Source: a virus
Virus record (IMG/VR): IMGVR_UViG_3300028569_000019
Span: 32,780 to 96,779 of that record
DNA length: 64,000 nt
Reading direction: 5' to 3' (one strand)
A model generated the notes under the pieces. It searched no databases. It was given only the letters and a program-made list of their open reading frames with translations, and was not told the origin of the DNA. Position numbers and translations under genes: made by a program. This document shows, piece after piece, positions 39,404 to 48,832 of this stretch (positions are counted from its first letter, which is position 1; the number at the start of each line of letters is the position of its first letter).

Positions 39404-39741
39404 TCGATCCAAATGTTAAACTGAATACTAAGTTTCAGATTTTGACTCCAACAGGTTACCAAGATTTTTTTGGAATGCGAAAAATAAAAAAGGATTGTTA
39501 CTATAAAATATTATTGAGTAATGGCAAAATAATAAAATGTTCGGACAATCATCCTTTTATATATAAAAATTCAGAACTACGCTCTCACGATATCAAAATC
39601 GGATCGAAAATATCGGGAGTAGATGGTGTAGATGTAGTTGTCATAACCATAGAAAAATTCGAAAATTCCATTGATTTATATGATATAGTAAACGTCTCCG
39701 ACGGCAATGTTTTTAATGTAGACGGAATTGTTTCACATAAT
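39400..39741 (+). mobile_element. Atypical split intein, IntC (114 aa)
   Basis: Block B CSDNHPF, block F LYDIVNV, block G VSHN, +1 Cys. Confidence 0.9.
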
Positions 39742-40593
39742 TGTGATTTTAGTACATCTGGTAATCAAGTTGTAAGTGTAGACGTTCTTGAGTTTTACAA
39801 ACAAACCTATCTAAAAGATCCCGTTGAAAAACGTGGGAATAATCAAGACTTATGGATTTGGGATTATCCCAATTATAGTAAAAATTATATATTGACAGCT
39901 GACTGCGCTAGAGGAGATGGTGGAGATTTTAGTGCATTCCACGTTATAGATATAGAAACAATGGAACAAGTAGCTGAATATAAAGGTCAGTTAACTACAA
40001 AAGATTATGGCAATTTATTGGTTAGTGTTGCTACTGAATACAATAATGCTTTGTTGGTAGTGGAAAATAACAATATAGGATGGGCTACATTACAACAAAT
40101 TATTGATAGAGATTATCAAAATACGTTTTATAGTGCGGCTGATTTGACTGTGGTTGATGTAGAAAAAACATATACCAATAAACTTAATTCGGCTGATAAG
40201 AAATTAGTAGCTGGATTTACAACAACTAGCAAAAATAGACCTTTAATTATAAGTAACTTGGAATTATTTTTTAGACAAAAACAAGTTATAATGAAATCCA
40301 AAAGACTATATGAGGAACTGAATGTATTCATTTGGAACGGACCAAAAGCAGAAGCTATGAAGGGATACAATGACGATTTGGTTATGGCAATTGGAATTGG
40401 TTTGTGGGTACGTGAAACTGCTTTGAAACTTAGAAACGAACAAATATCTTATAATAAGGCTATCGTTTCAAAAATATCAAAAGTAACAAGTCAAATTTCA
40501 ATTCCAAAACAAGTGAGTGCTGTACCCGATCACCACAAAACTATGGATTTCACCGTTAATGACAAAAAAGAAAGTTTAACTTGGTTGTTGTAA
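39400..40593 (+). CDS. terL: Split intein C-fragment + terminase large subunit nuclease domain
   Basis: IntC ends IVSHN|CDFSTSG; then ADCARGDGGDFS, VENNNIG and NDDLVMA RNase H-fold motifs. Confidence 0.95.
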   Translation: MIDPNVKLNTKFQILTPTGYQDFFGMRKIKKDCYYKILLSNGKIIKCSDNHPFIYKNSELRSHDIKIGSKISGVDGVDVVVITIEKFENSIDLYDIVNVSDGNVFNVDGIVSHNCDFSTSGNQVVSVDVLEFYKQTYLKDPVEKRGNNQDLWIWDYPNYSKNYILTADCARGDGGDFSAFHVIDIETMEQVAEYKGQLTTKDYGNLLVSVATEYNNALLVVENNNIGWATLQQIIDRDYQNTFYSAADLTVVDVEKTYTNKLNSADKKLVAGFTTTSKNRPLIISNLELFFRQKQVIMKSKRLYEELNVFIWNGPKAEAMKGYNDDLVMAIGIGLWVRETALKLRNEQISYNKAIVSKISKVTSQISIPKQVSAVPDHHKTMDFTVNDKKESLTWLL

Positions 40594-40619
40594 ATACTTA
40601 TATACTATAGATAAATAAT

Positions 40620-43568
40620 ATGTCAGATAAATCTTTTCAAGAATTAAGAAGTCGATCTTTGTTTGCTCGTTTGAAGCGTTTGTTTTCAAACGACGTGATT
40701 GTTCGTAACGTTGGTGGTAAAAAATTAAAAGTTATCGACACTGATGAAATTCAGTATGCTACAGATCGTAATAGTTTAAGAGACCGTTTTAATAGATTAC
40801 GTACAACTTCGTATAATCAATATACAAGAGATTTCAATTTATCATATCAAAGTAGTCGTGTTGAATTGTTTAGAGATTATGACTGTGTTGGTCCTGATAC
40901 AATCATACCTCTACCAGACGGTACTAAACCAACTATAGCTCAACTAACGGAAAGATATAAAGATAATCCCCAGGAAAGATTCTATGTATTTTCATACGAT
41001 CACGAAACTGACAGTATAAAATTAGGCAAAGCATATCATCCTAGAAAGAAAGAAGGCGGTCCTAGAAAGTGTTGGAAAGTAATTTTTGACAATGGACAAT
41101 TCGTAATAGGAAGTGCCGGACATCCATTTTTAATGAGAAGTGGAGAATATAAAAAATTAGAAGATCTATCAATTGGCGAGTCTGTGATGCCTTTTTATCA
41201 AAAAGATTTCTACAACAATGGATATAGAAGTTTGTATAATTTTAGTAAAGGATGGCAAACAGAACATAAAATAGTCGCCGAACAATTTAATCGGGGATTA
41301 AGTTCTAACGAAGTTGTTCATCATAAAAATTTTGATAAAACAAACAATCTTCCGGAGAATTTACATATAATGTTAGACTCCGATCATAGAAAATTTCATG
41401 CGGAATTAAATAATAAAATTATTTGGTCGGTTGAAAATAAACAAAATACGTTAGAAAAGATCAAAAATTCAACTGGATATAAAAATAGAAAATTTCACAG
41501 ATGGAACGGAGATCGAGTTGATATAAACAATCCTTTTTATGGAAAACAACATTCCGTTGAATCAAATGATAAAAGATCTAATACTTTAAAAGAAATATTT
41601 GTTAATAGAGATCAAACCGGAAAAAACAATCCAAAATATAGAGATGATTTAACAATTGATATATTAAAAATTAAAGCGTTAAATTATTACAAACAACACG
41701 GAAAATTAACATCTTGGGGATTAGTTAAAGATTTAAATTGTGACTATTCGGTTCTACAGAATCGTTTGAAGAAAAATAACACCGAGTGGAAATCATTTAA
41801 AAATTATATAGAGTCATCTCTTAATCACAAAATCGTTGATATTGAGTATATAGGAGAAATAGAAGTTTACGATGTTACTGTTGAAAAGTATCAGAATTTT
41901 GCTACGGATTCTTGTTTCGTCCATAATACGATGGATATGGATCCAATTCTTGCATCTGCATTGGACATTTATGCGGATGAATGTACAACCCGAAATGAAA
42001 TGGGTGAAGTAATTCACATCAAATCTTCCAACGACGAAATTAAGAATATTCTACACAATTTGTTCTATGATATTCTAAATATCGAATTTAACCTGTGGAG
42101 TTGGGCACGTTGTATGGTTAAATATGGCGATTTTTACCTACGTCTTCATATTAGTCCTGATTATGGTGTTTATTTGGTAGAACCATTGAGTACATATTAT
42201 GTAACTCGCGTAGAAAATGCACATTTAACCAATAAAAACTTTGTTAAATTTCAAGTCAATTTGCCATACGGAAACAAATTGGAAGATTTGGAAAACTATC
42301 AAATTGCACATTTTAGATTATTGAGTGACAGTAACTTTCTACCATATGGAAAAAGTACTTTAGAAGGTGCTCGCCGTGTATGGAAACAATTGAGTTTGAT
42401 GGAAGACGCAATGTTAATTCATCGTATCATGCGTGCTCCTGAAAAACGTATTTTCAAAGTTGATATTGGTAATATTCCACCAAATGAAGTTGATAATCAT
42501 ATGCAACGCATTATGGACCAAATGAAAAAGGTTCCATATTTGGATCAACAAACTGGAGATTATAATTTAAGGTTCAATCTACAAAACATGGTAGAGGACT
42601 TTTTCTTGCCAGTTCGTGGTAGTGATAGTGGCACTAGTATTGAAAATTTATCTGGATTGGAGTGGACAGGTACAGATGATATTGAGTACCTTCGTAATAA
42701 AATGATGGCAGCACTTAAGATACCCAAAGCATTTTTGGGGTATGACGAATCTTTGAGTGGTAAAGCTACATTGGCAGCTGAAGACATAAGATTTGCTAGA
42801 ACAGTACAACGTATACAACGTATTATGGTTAGCGAATTGAATAAAATTGCAGTTATTCATTTGTACAGTCAAGGATATAGAGATGAGTCGTTGGTAGATT
42901 TTACTCTTGAGTTGACTAATCCATCCACTATCTTTGAAAAAGAAAAAATAGATGTATACAAGAGTAAAGTTGAACTTTGCAAAGATATGCAAGAACAAAA
43001 AGTATTTTCTAAGAAGTGGATTTATGAAAATATTTTCGGTTTGTCAGATCAAGATATGATATCCTTACAAAAGCAACTAATTGACGATGCTAAAGGAAAT
43101 TATAGATTTAAGCAAATCGAAGAAGACGGTAATGATCCAGCTTTGTCATTTTTAAATAAAAACGATAAAGGCGACCAAGGCGCAGGCGGTGGATCTGAGC
43201 CAGGTCCAGGAGCTGAACCTGGAGCAAATTCTGCTCCAGAAAGTGGAGCTGAAGCTGGTGGGGCGGGTGATACAGAAACTAAAGCTGGTGCTGAAAAATC
43301 AACTCCACCAAAATTAGCAGAAAAACGTGATCAAACAGGCAGAAAAGATGCTAGTAAATATCCATTTGGAGAAGATCCGTTTGGCACATTGGAAAACAAT
43401 AGACGCAGTGATTTATCAGTATCACACAAATATAAGAATGGATCTCCGTTGTCATTGGAGTCTATTAAGGGATTGACCGATTTGTTGAAAACATTGGATC
43501 AAGAAAAAGAAATTTTAAGAGAAGGAAACGAAAAATCTTTTATGGATGAACAAAATATAAAAGAATAG
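40620..43568 (+). CDS. gp20: Portal protein containing an intein
   Basis: MDMDPILASALDIYADE, LMEDAMLIHRIMRAPEKRIFKVDIGN, EDFFLPVRG and ALKIPKAFL motifs. Confidence 0.95.
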   Translation: MSDKSFQELRSRSLFARLKRLFSNDVIVRNVGGKKLKVIDTDEIQYATDRNSLRDRFNRLRTTSYNQYTRDFNLSYQSSRVELFRDYDCVGPDTIIPLPDGTKPTIAQLTERYKDNPQERFYVFSYDHETDSIKLGKAYHPRKKEGGPRKCWKVIFDNGQFVIGSAGHPFLMRSGEYKKLEDLSIGESVMPFYQKDFYNNGYRSLYNFSKGWQTEHKIVAEQFNRGLSSNEVVHHKNFDKTNNLPENLHIMLDSDHRKFHAELNNKIIWSVENKQNTLEKIKNSTGYKNRKFHRWNGDRVDINNPFYGKQHSVESNDKRSNTLKEIFVNRDQTGKNNPKYRDDLTIDILKIKALNYYKQHGKLTSWGLVKDLNCDYSVLQNRLKKNNTEWKSFKNYIESSLNHKIVDIEYIGEIEVYDVTVEKYQNFATDSCFVHNTMDMDPILASALDIYADECTTRNEMGEVIHIKSSNDEIKNILHNLFYDILNIEFNLWSWARCMVKYGDFYLRLHISPDYGVYLVEPLSTYYVTRVENAHLTNKNFVKFQVNLPYGNKLEDLENYQIAHFRLLSDSNFLPYGKSTLEGARRVWKQLSLMEDAMLIHRIMRAPEKRIFKVDIGNIPPNEVDNHMQRIMDQMKKVPYLDQQTGDYNLRFNLQNMVEDFFLPVRGSDSGTSIENLSGLEWTGTDDIEYLRNKMMAALKIPKAFLGYDESLSGKATLAAEDIRFARTVQRIQRIMVSELNKIAVIHLYSQGYRDESLVDFTLELTNPSTIFEKEKIDVYKSKVELCKDMQEQKVFSKKWIYENIFGLSDQDMISLQKQLIDDAKGNYRFKQIEEDGNDPALSFLNKNDKGDQGAGGGSEPGPGAEPGANSAPESGAEAGGAGDTETKAGAEKSTPPKLAEKRDQTGRKDASKYPFGEDPFGTLENNRRSDLSVSHKYKNGSPLSLESIKGLTDLLKTLDQEKEILREGNEKSFMDEQNIKE
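40884..41927 (+). mobile_element. Cis intein (348 aa) with an HNH endonuclease
   Basis: RDYD|CVGPDT...SAGHPF...VYDVTV...FVHN|TMD; internal EHKIVAE..VVHHKNFDKTNNLPENL and a NUMOD3 motif. Confidence 0.93.
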
Positions 43569-43624
43569 TATAATTCCTATATATTTAACCACATTGATTA
43601 TATTTATAAATAATAATAAATAAT

Positions 43625-44503
43625 ATGCACAAGAAAGCAAAACATTCGAAATTCAAGAATGCTGGAATATTGTTTGAACTACTCACTCGACAAATAACAG
43701 CCGACATTCTAGCGGGAAGAGATGAATCATTTACTAAAAATTTAATGTTCAAGTACTTTCACGAAAGTAAAGAACTTGGAAAAGAAGTGCAGCTTTATAA
43801 TTTTATTTTACAACAAAAAAGTAAAGACGCATCATCAGGTGAAAGACTTTTGAATGTTGTGTTGCAAACACGATCCAAGATCGATGAACGTGAATTGAAT
43901 AAACAGAAGTATAATATCATCAAAGAGATTAAAGAAAAGTATAATATTGATGAATTTTTAAAGAACAAGATTCCAAATTATAAGTTATACGCATCTATTT
44001 ATAAACTATTTGAAGATCAAGATAAAAGTGAGGCTAAGTTTGAAGTTTCTGAGTTATTGGAATCGAGAGAGTATATCATAGAAAATTTGACAAAAGAAAA
44101 GAAGTCAGATCAAGAATCAATGGATGTTTATGGAAATCAAAGTGCAGAAGTAAGATTGTTAGCATATAAGTTTTTAATTGAGAATTTCAATACCAAATAC
44201 AACAATCTATTGCCTGATCAAAAGAAACTATTGAAGGAATATATTACCAATGTTTCTAATTCCAGTAAATTTACTAAGTATGTCAATGAAGAATACAAAA
44301 GAATCAGTGGAGTATTGAAGGATCAAGTTAAAAATGTTACATCCGAAGTGGTTAAGATTAAAATAAACGAAGTTATTAGTCAATTTTCCACCAAGTCTTG
44401 TACTGGTGTAATTAAAGAAAATCAATTGACTTCTTTATTGAATGCATATGAGTTGGTAGAAGAAATTAAAAAGATTGATGTCAAAAATGAAACAAAATCT
44501 TAA
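43625..44503 (+). CDS. Hypothetical head-module protein
   Basis: Lies between portal and protease; helical; ATATTTATA upstream. Confidence 0.65.
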   Translation: MHKKAKHSKFKNAGILFELLTRQITADILAGRDESFTKNLMFKYFHESKELGKEVQLYNFILQQKSKDASSGERLLNVVLQTRSKIDERELNKQKYNIIKEIKEKYNIDEFLKNKIPNYKLYASIYKLFEDQDKSEAKFEVSELLESREYIIENLTKEKKSDQESMDVYGNQSAEVRLLAYKFLIENFNTKYNNLLPDQKKLLKEYITNVSNSSKFTKYVNEEYKRISGVLKDQVKNVTSEVVKIKINEVISQFSTKSCTGVIKENQLTSLLNAYELVEEIKKIDVKNETKS

Positions 44504-45470
44504 AGAAAAGATTAAATCAATTTTAGCCAAATTAAAGACTAAAAATGAAGCTAGCACAACAGGCACCGGTCCAGTTGCATCTGGTCCTGTTGCTGTTGGT
44601 GGTGATGCTGCTAGAACACCATTTGCATTTAGTCGCCGTGGACCAGGAAACGTTAGAGCCGCAACACAATTAGGTTATACGTTAGCTAAACCTATCAAAA
44701 GAAGTCCTGGTTATAAGTTGGAAAATCAAATGTATAGTAGTCCAGCTTACGCAACACCCGCACAATCAATTGAATTAGGCGATACGTATACTGATGAAAA
44801 TGGTTTGGTTCAACACAATGATCCTGATATGGATCCTAATTTAATTGGGTATAAACAAGGTTCTTTGCCTGTGACCGAGGGGTTTAATGGTCTTAAATAC
44901 GAACAAGAAACTAAACCTGTTGCTCCTCAACCACAAGCTGCACAAGCTGCACAACCAACTCAACCTAAACAACCCGCTTCTGTAGATTTAAAAACCTATG
45001 ACGTTCTTCCTGACTTCACTGCATTTGATACAAAACTAAAAGGTTCAACTGAAGCATTGAAGAACAATCTACAAAAGTCGATCCAAGACAAAATCTTGGG
45101 TAAGAAAATTGTGGTTAGAGCCAGCAAAGGATATAAACAGCCTGAAACAGATTATACAATCAATGTGACAGGTGTTGCAATTGATTATTATTATGATAGA
45201 TACGTCATCATAATTATTGGTCGTGAAGAAAATAAACAAAAGGTAGCTAAATTCTTCATTAAACCAGGATTTAAACTTAAAATTTTAGGTAATGCTGATA
45301 ATTTGAAGCCAAAGGATCAATATCAAGTTGCTAAATCAAAAGCATTAGTTGAACCAGAAAGTCAACAAAATGTTGTTCCATCAAACAAAATAACCGCTGA
45401 TAAAGAGGATGTAACTACTTCCGATCAGGCTCAAAATACACAACCAGGAACAACACAACCTAAAGCTTAA
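44475..45470 (+). CDS. Hypothetical head-module protein (start may be 44478 or 44487)
   Basis: Long ORF with Pro/Gln-rich linkers. Confidence 0.6.
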   Translation: MMSKMKQNLKEKIKSILAKLKTKNEASTTGTGPVASGPVAVGGDAARTPFAFSRRGPGNVRAATQLGYTLAKPIKRSPGYKLENQMYSSPAYATPAQSIELGDTYTDENGLVQHNDPDMDPNLIGYKQGSLPVTEGFNGLKYEQETKPVAPQPQAAQAAQPTQPKQPASVDLKTYDVLPDFTAFDTKLKGSTEALKNNLQKSIQDKILGKKIVVRASKGYKQPETDYTINVTGVAIDYYYDRYVIIIIGREENKQKVAKFFIKPGFKLKILGNADNLKPKDQYQVAKSKALVEPESQQNVVPSNKITADKEDVTTSDQAQNTQPGTTQPKA

Positions 45471-45475
45471 CATAT

Positions 45476-46081
45476 ATGAAACAAGTACTGATAGATATTC
45501 TACCATTTGAATTCAAAAAAACATCTTTAAATGAATCTCTTAAAGATGGAAAATTATACGTAACCGGCGTATTACAACGTGCCGATGCAAAAAACCAAAA
45601 CGGCCGTGTATATCCAGAAGATGTACTAAAGAGAGAAGCTGAAAAGTATATGCAAAATTTCGTTAAACAACGTCGTGCTATGGGTGAATTGGATCATCCA
45701 GAATCATCTGTTGTTAACTTAAAAAACGTAAGTCACAACATCGTAGATATGGGATGGGAAAATAAAGATTTGGTTGGTACCGTCGAAATTCTACCTACAC
45801 CAAGTGGTAACATATTAAAAGATTTATTGCAATCAGGCATTCTTTTGGGTATCAGTAGTCGTGGATTGGGTAGTGTAAAGAAAGATATGAGAGAAGGAGC
45901 AGATGTTGTACAAGACGACTTTGATCTAATCGCATTTGATTTTGTAAGCAATCCAAGTACCCAAGGTGCTTTTATGTATCCACAAGGTAAAATCAACGAA
46001 GGAGTTGATCAACACAGAACAATTATTAACCCATATAATAATGTTGAAAGAATTATCCACAACATTCTATCAGAACTATAA
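45476..46081 (+). CDS. gp21: Prohead core protease
   Basis: NQNGRVYP, GELDHP, VSH, GISSRGLGS and DFVSNPS motifs. Confidence 0.95.
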   Translation: MKQVLIDILPFEFKKTSLNESLKDGKLYVTGVLQRADAKNQNGRVYPEDVLKREAEKYMQNFVKQRRAMGELDHPESSVVNLKNVSHNIVDMGWENKDLVGTVEILPTPSGNILKDLLQSGILLGISSRGLGSVKKDMREGADVVQDDFDLIAFDFVSNPSTQGAFMYPQGKINEGVDQHRTIINPYNNVERIIHNILSEL

Positions 46082-46089
46082 TATTTATA
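46081..46089 (+). promoter_or_regulatory. Putative late promoter ATATTTAT(A), representative copy
   Basis: Also at 14333, 17625, 27765, 31800, 33341, 36362, 43600, 47632, 55776, 57819, 60756 and 62791 (+), and at 47593, 54759 and 55748 (-). Confidence 0.7.
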
Positions 46090-46093
46090 AAGT

Positions 46094-46531
46094 ATGAAAT
46101 TAAAACATTTACTAGAAAACTCTACTGAAGTAGCTTATAGCTCTCTTACCAAAGAAGAAAAATCAAAAATGGTTGGGGCTATTAAATCTTACAACGAATA
46201 TCGCAAAGGATTAAAAGCCGATTGCGTATATGAAACCGCACAAAAAATTATGGAGGCTGTTAATTTAGCAGAACGATATGCCATCAAAGAATGTGGCGAT
46301 TGGATGCAAGCCAAAATGGTTGAACGTGATATGAAGGAAATCAAGAGAGATGCTTCTAAAATGTACGAAGAAGCTCAAAAGATGAAAGAAATTGAAAAAC
46401 AACTTGAAATGTTATACGAACAAGTTGGTATGAGATTGGAACGTTATTTTGAAATTGCGGACTCAATGAATGAAGCTCCACAATCACAAACAAGTAACGT
46501 TACTATCAATCCATCGGCACAGAATCAATAA
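46094..46531 (+). CDS. Hypothetical helical protein with shared N-terminal leader
   Basis: Starts MKLKHLLE; ATATTTATA 4 nt upstream. Confidence 0.7.
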   Translation: MKLKHLLENSTEVAYSSLTKEEKSKMVGAIKSYNEYRKGLKADCVYETAQKIMEAVNLAERYAIKECGDWMQAKMVERDMKEIKRDASKMYEEAQKMKEIEKQLEMLYEQVGMRLERYFEIADSMNEAPQSQTSNVTINPSAQNQ

Positions 46532-46964
46532 ATTTGATCATTTCATCAAACGATTCAAAAACATATTTTCTATTTGCTTCTAGTACATAACCTTCGTCTG
46601 TTTTATAGACGAAGGTTTTTCTCTTTTCGTTGATCATATCCAAAGAAGGAATTTCTATTTCTGAGAACATTCTGTACTCGTCATCTATACGAAAGTCCAT
46701 TTCACCCAATAGATCTATTTCTGTAAAATTCCACCCATTTGGGTTATCTATATCTTCAAGTTTATACATTTTTTCTTCTTCAAAATTATCATTATTGATG
46801 AAGTTAACTAACTTTGGAGACTTGTACTTGTTATAACTATTATTCATTTCACGTACATCTGGATTTGAATAAGCATTTTCATCGCCAGTTCGTTTTATGA
46901 ACTTATAATTATCTTTGGTAGAATTCATATGTTTAGCTAAATTGGGATTAAAGTTATAGGCCAT
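46506..46964 (-). CDS. Hypothetical protein
   Basis: Overlaps the stop of 46954..47586; plausible composition. Confidence 0.6.
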   Translation of the reverse strand: MAYNFNPNLAKHMNSTKDNYKFIKRTGDENAYSNPDVREMNNSYNKYKSPKLVNFINNDNFEEEKMYKLEDIDNPNGWNFTEIDLLGEMDFRIDDEYRMFSEIEIPSLDMINEKRKTFVYKTDEGYVLEANRKYVFESFDEMIKFIDSVPMD

Positions 46965-47586
46965 AAGAGTTAATTCTATCTATAAAGTCTGCTAAGGCTT
47001 TTGTTTGTTCGTAATCTTTGTTTTTATCTATGCTAGTACTCAACATACTAAATATTTCTTTTTCAGGACGATCAGGATACGTTCTTTGTACAAAACAGGC
47101 ATAAACAATTAAATTTTCGTTTTTTTGATCTATTAATTTTTTAAACACATACTTTTTTGTACTGCCATTACTGAATATTTCAGTTTGCATTTGTGTGTTT
47201 TCTGGTGCATTTGGAATAAAATTGGTTTTTCCAAATCCACTGAATCCATTTTGTTTATTTTGAAATATTAACATTTCTTTTTTAACAAATGGAACTCCTT
47301 CGTTTTCTTTCAATACTTGATTAAAAGATTTTCCTTTAATAATATCAAAATCACTCAGTGAGTATTCAGCTTCTTTTAGACTTTTTAATATTTCTTTCAA
47401 TTTGGTAAAATGTTTAACACTACTTGGTTTTATAGTGCGTGCCATTTTACGAACCTGTGGAGATACTTCTTTTGATTTAATTCCACCTTTTTGTAAGGCT
47501 CTTACCAATCTAAATAGTCTTGCTTGCTTTTCGAAGGCTCTTACCAATCTAAATAGTCTTGCTTGCTTTTCGCTTTGTGCTGGCAT
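46954..47586 (-). CDS. Hypothetical protein with DUF3008-like N-terminus
   Basis: MPAQSEKQAR...ALQKG; ATATTTAT on the minus strand 6 nt upstream. Confidence 0.6.
   Translation of the reverse strand: MPAQSEKQARLFRLVRAFEKQARLFRLVRALQKGGIKSKEVSPQVRKMARTIKPSSVKHFTKLKEILKSLKEAEYSLSDFDIIKGKSFNQVLKENEGVPFVKKEMLIFQNKQNGFSGFGKTNFIPNAPENTQMQTEIFSNGSTKKYVFKKLIDQKNENLIVYACFVQRTYPDRPEKEIFSMLSTSIDKNKDYEQTKALADFIDRINSYGL
47495..47572. repeat. Exact 39-bp tandem duplication
   Basis: aaggctcttaccaatctaaatagtcttgcttgcttttcg x2; in frame, duplicating EKQARLFRLVRA. Confidence 0.95.
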
Positions 47587-47741
47587 ATATCAATAAATAT
47601 AAAATATTTTGATATGTTTACATTTTTAATTATATTTATTATTCAAATACATCATTCTTTGATGTGACAGTGATTTATCTTCTTTGGAGTTCTTCAATAG
47701 CTTCATAAACAAATAACAATAAGAAAGGCAGAAATATAATT

Positions 47742-48779
47742 ATGAGCGATCTATTAAAAGAAAGTATTGCGGATGCAAAGGCTGTTCGTGAAACAGCATT
47801 GGCAAATGCAAAAACCTTCCTTGAAGAAAGTTTTGCAAACAGCATGAAAGAAATGTTTGCTGACAAACTCAAAGAAGAAATGGCAGAAGAAGGCACCGAA
47901 GAAGAAGCCAAGATTGAAGAAAAGCTTGCATCTTCTAACATCGGTAAAGATGATAGTAACATTGCTTCTAAGCAACATCCAACTAAACCATCTCCTGCTG
48001 CAAATAAAAGCACAACTCCTGCTGGAAAGCAAGAATTCGACGTAAAGCTTGAAGAAGAAGCTGCGGTTGAAGAAGGTACCGAAGTAACAAGTCAAGAACT
48101 AGATGAAATTCTAGCTGAATTGGAAACTGAAGTATCTGAAGAAACAGAAGCTGACGAAGAAGCTTCTTCTGAAGAAGGCGACGACGTTGACGAATCTATT
48201 AATTTAGACGAACTTCTAGCAGAACTAGAAGCTGAAGATTCCGCTATGCCAGCACCTGCTCCAGCACCTGTTGATCCAGCTGCTCAAGTACCAGCTGCTC
48301 CAGCACAAGTTCCATCTCCATCTGAAGGAGAAGTTACTGCTGACGAAATGGCAGAAGCTTTGGTTGCTATCAATGAAGAAAACGAATCTCTTAAGAAACA
48401 ACTATCAGAAGCTCTAAGTACAGTTAAGTTTATGAAGGGCGTTCTATCTGAAACCAACCTATTGAATGCTAAGTTGCTTTATACCAACAAGTTGTTCAAG
48501 GGTAAGAGTTTGACCGAAGATCAAAAACTTAAGATCATTAACACTTTCGACTTGACCAAGAACATTCGCGAAGTCAAGTTGGCATATACAGTTTTAGCCG
48601 AATCATTTAATTCCGGTGCATCAGTTGTCAAGAAAAAAACCAATACAACTGCTCACACTATCACCGAAGGTTTGGCAAGCAAACAAGTATCATCAACTAA
48701 ACCTGACTCTACCATTGTAGAACCTCAAGCTGATGTGATGACTTCAAGATTCCAAAAACTCGCAGGAATCAAGAAGTAA
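47742..48779 (+). CDS. Prohead scaffold/core protein (gp22-like)
   Basis: Very acidic coiled coil directly upstream of the capsid gene; ends RFQKLAGIKK. Confidence 0.8.
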   Translation: MSDLLKESIADAKAVRETALANAKTFLEESFANSMKEMFADKLKEEMAEEGTEEEAKIEEKLASSNIGKDDSNIASKQHPTKPSPAANKSTTPAGKQEFDVKLEEEAAVEEGTEVTSQELDEILAELETEVSEETEADEEASSEEGDDVDESINLDELLAELEAEDSAMPAPAPAPVDPAAQVPAAPAQVPSPSEGEVTADEMAEALVAINEENESLKKQLSEALSTVKFMKGVLSETNLLNAKLLYTNKLFKGKSLTEDQKLKIINTFDLTKNIREVKLAYTVLAESFNSGASVVKKKTNTTAHTITEGLASKQVSSTKPDSTIVEPQADVMTSRFQKLAGIKK

Positions 48780-48832
48780 AATTAGTTTGCGAGTAAAAAC
48801 CTAACAGTAATTAAATATAGAAAGATAAAAAT

